Assembly: GCF_001194135.2 (NCBI RefSeq)
Contig: NC_068981.1
Coordinates: forward strand, 169,310,605-169,374,604
DNA: 64,000 bases
Source of the DNA: Octopus bimaculoides
Taxonomy: Eukaryota
Reading direction: 5' to 3'
The translations under genes were made by a program, and so were the position numbers. Under the pieces are notes generated by a model that saw nothing but the letters and a program-made list of their open reading frames with translations, had not been told where the DNA came from and did no database searches. Positions 63,878-64,000 of the stretch are shown here, piece after piece. The stretch's first letter is position 1. Every line of letters begins with the position of its first letter.

Positions 63878-63945
63878 TTCAAATTTCTTCTTTTGCAAAT
63901 GTCAGTCATTTGACTGCGGCCATGATGTAGCACCCCCACCAAATA
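63878..63945 (-). mobile_element. SINE family A tail fragment
   Basis: ttcttctttt...tcagtcatttgactgcggccatgatgtagcaccccc. Confidence 0.6.
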
Positions 63946-64000
63946 TATGTATTCGTATGCATATACATGTATAAGCATGTATATATATATATATATATAT

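Overview
AT-rich, repeat-dense eukaryotic genomic DNA from a draft assembly, with about 17 N-gaps, most of them next to microsatellites. The repeat families and the load of (TA)n/(CA)n/(TACA)n/(TAA)n tracts resemble an Octopus (coleoid cephalopod) genome. That assignment is inferred from recalled repeat sequences, not from a search. I found no intact or recognisable host gene, rRNA, tRNA gene or CRISPR array; the window reads as intergenic or deep-intronic. It contains decayed mobile elements: a Penelope-like RT fragment; three or four R4/Dong-type (restriction-like endonuclease) non-LTR fragments; RTE-like RT and 3' zinc-finger fragments; two CR1/L2-like 3' ends; an L1/Tx1-like C-terminal fragment; a mariner (DD34D-type) transposase remnant with one TIR; a Tc1/maT-like remnant; about 20 tRNA-derived SINE copies in three working families (A, B, C); and one clear long-TIR MITE. 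The observations most worth follow-up are R4/Dong and Tx1 pieces sitting in or beside microsatellites, a tail-to-tail SINE fold-back, several inverted-repeat structures (42.1-42.5 kb, 43.7 kb, 51.0-52.9 kb), a 19-bp motif conserved between two diverged LINE 3' ends, and a few weak candidate exons and a promoter-like patch. I do not see convincing evidence of a new multi-gene system. All long ORFs in the supplied track are artefacts of N-runs or simple repeats.
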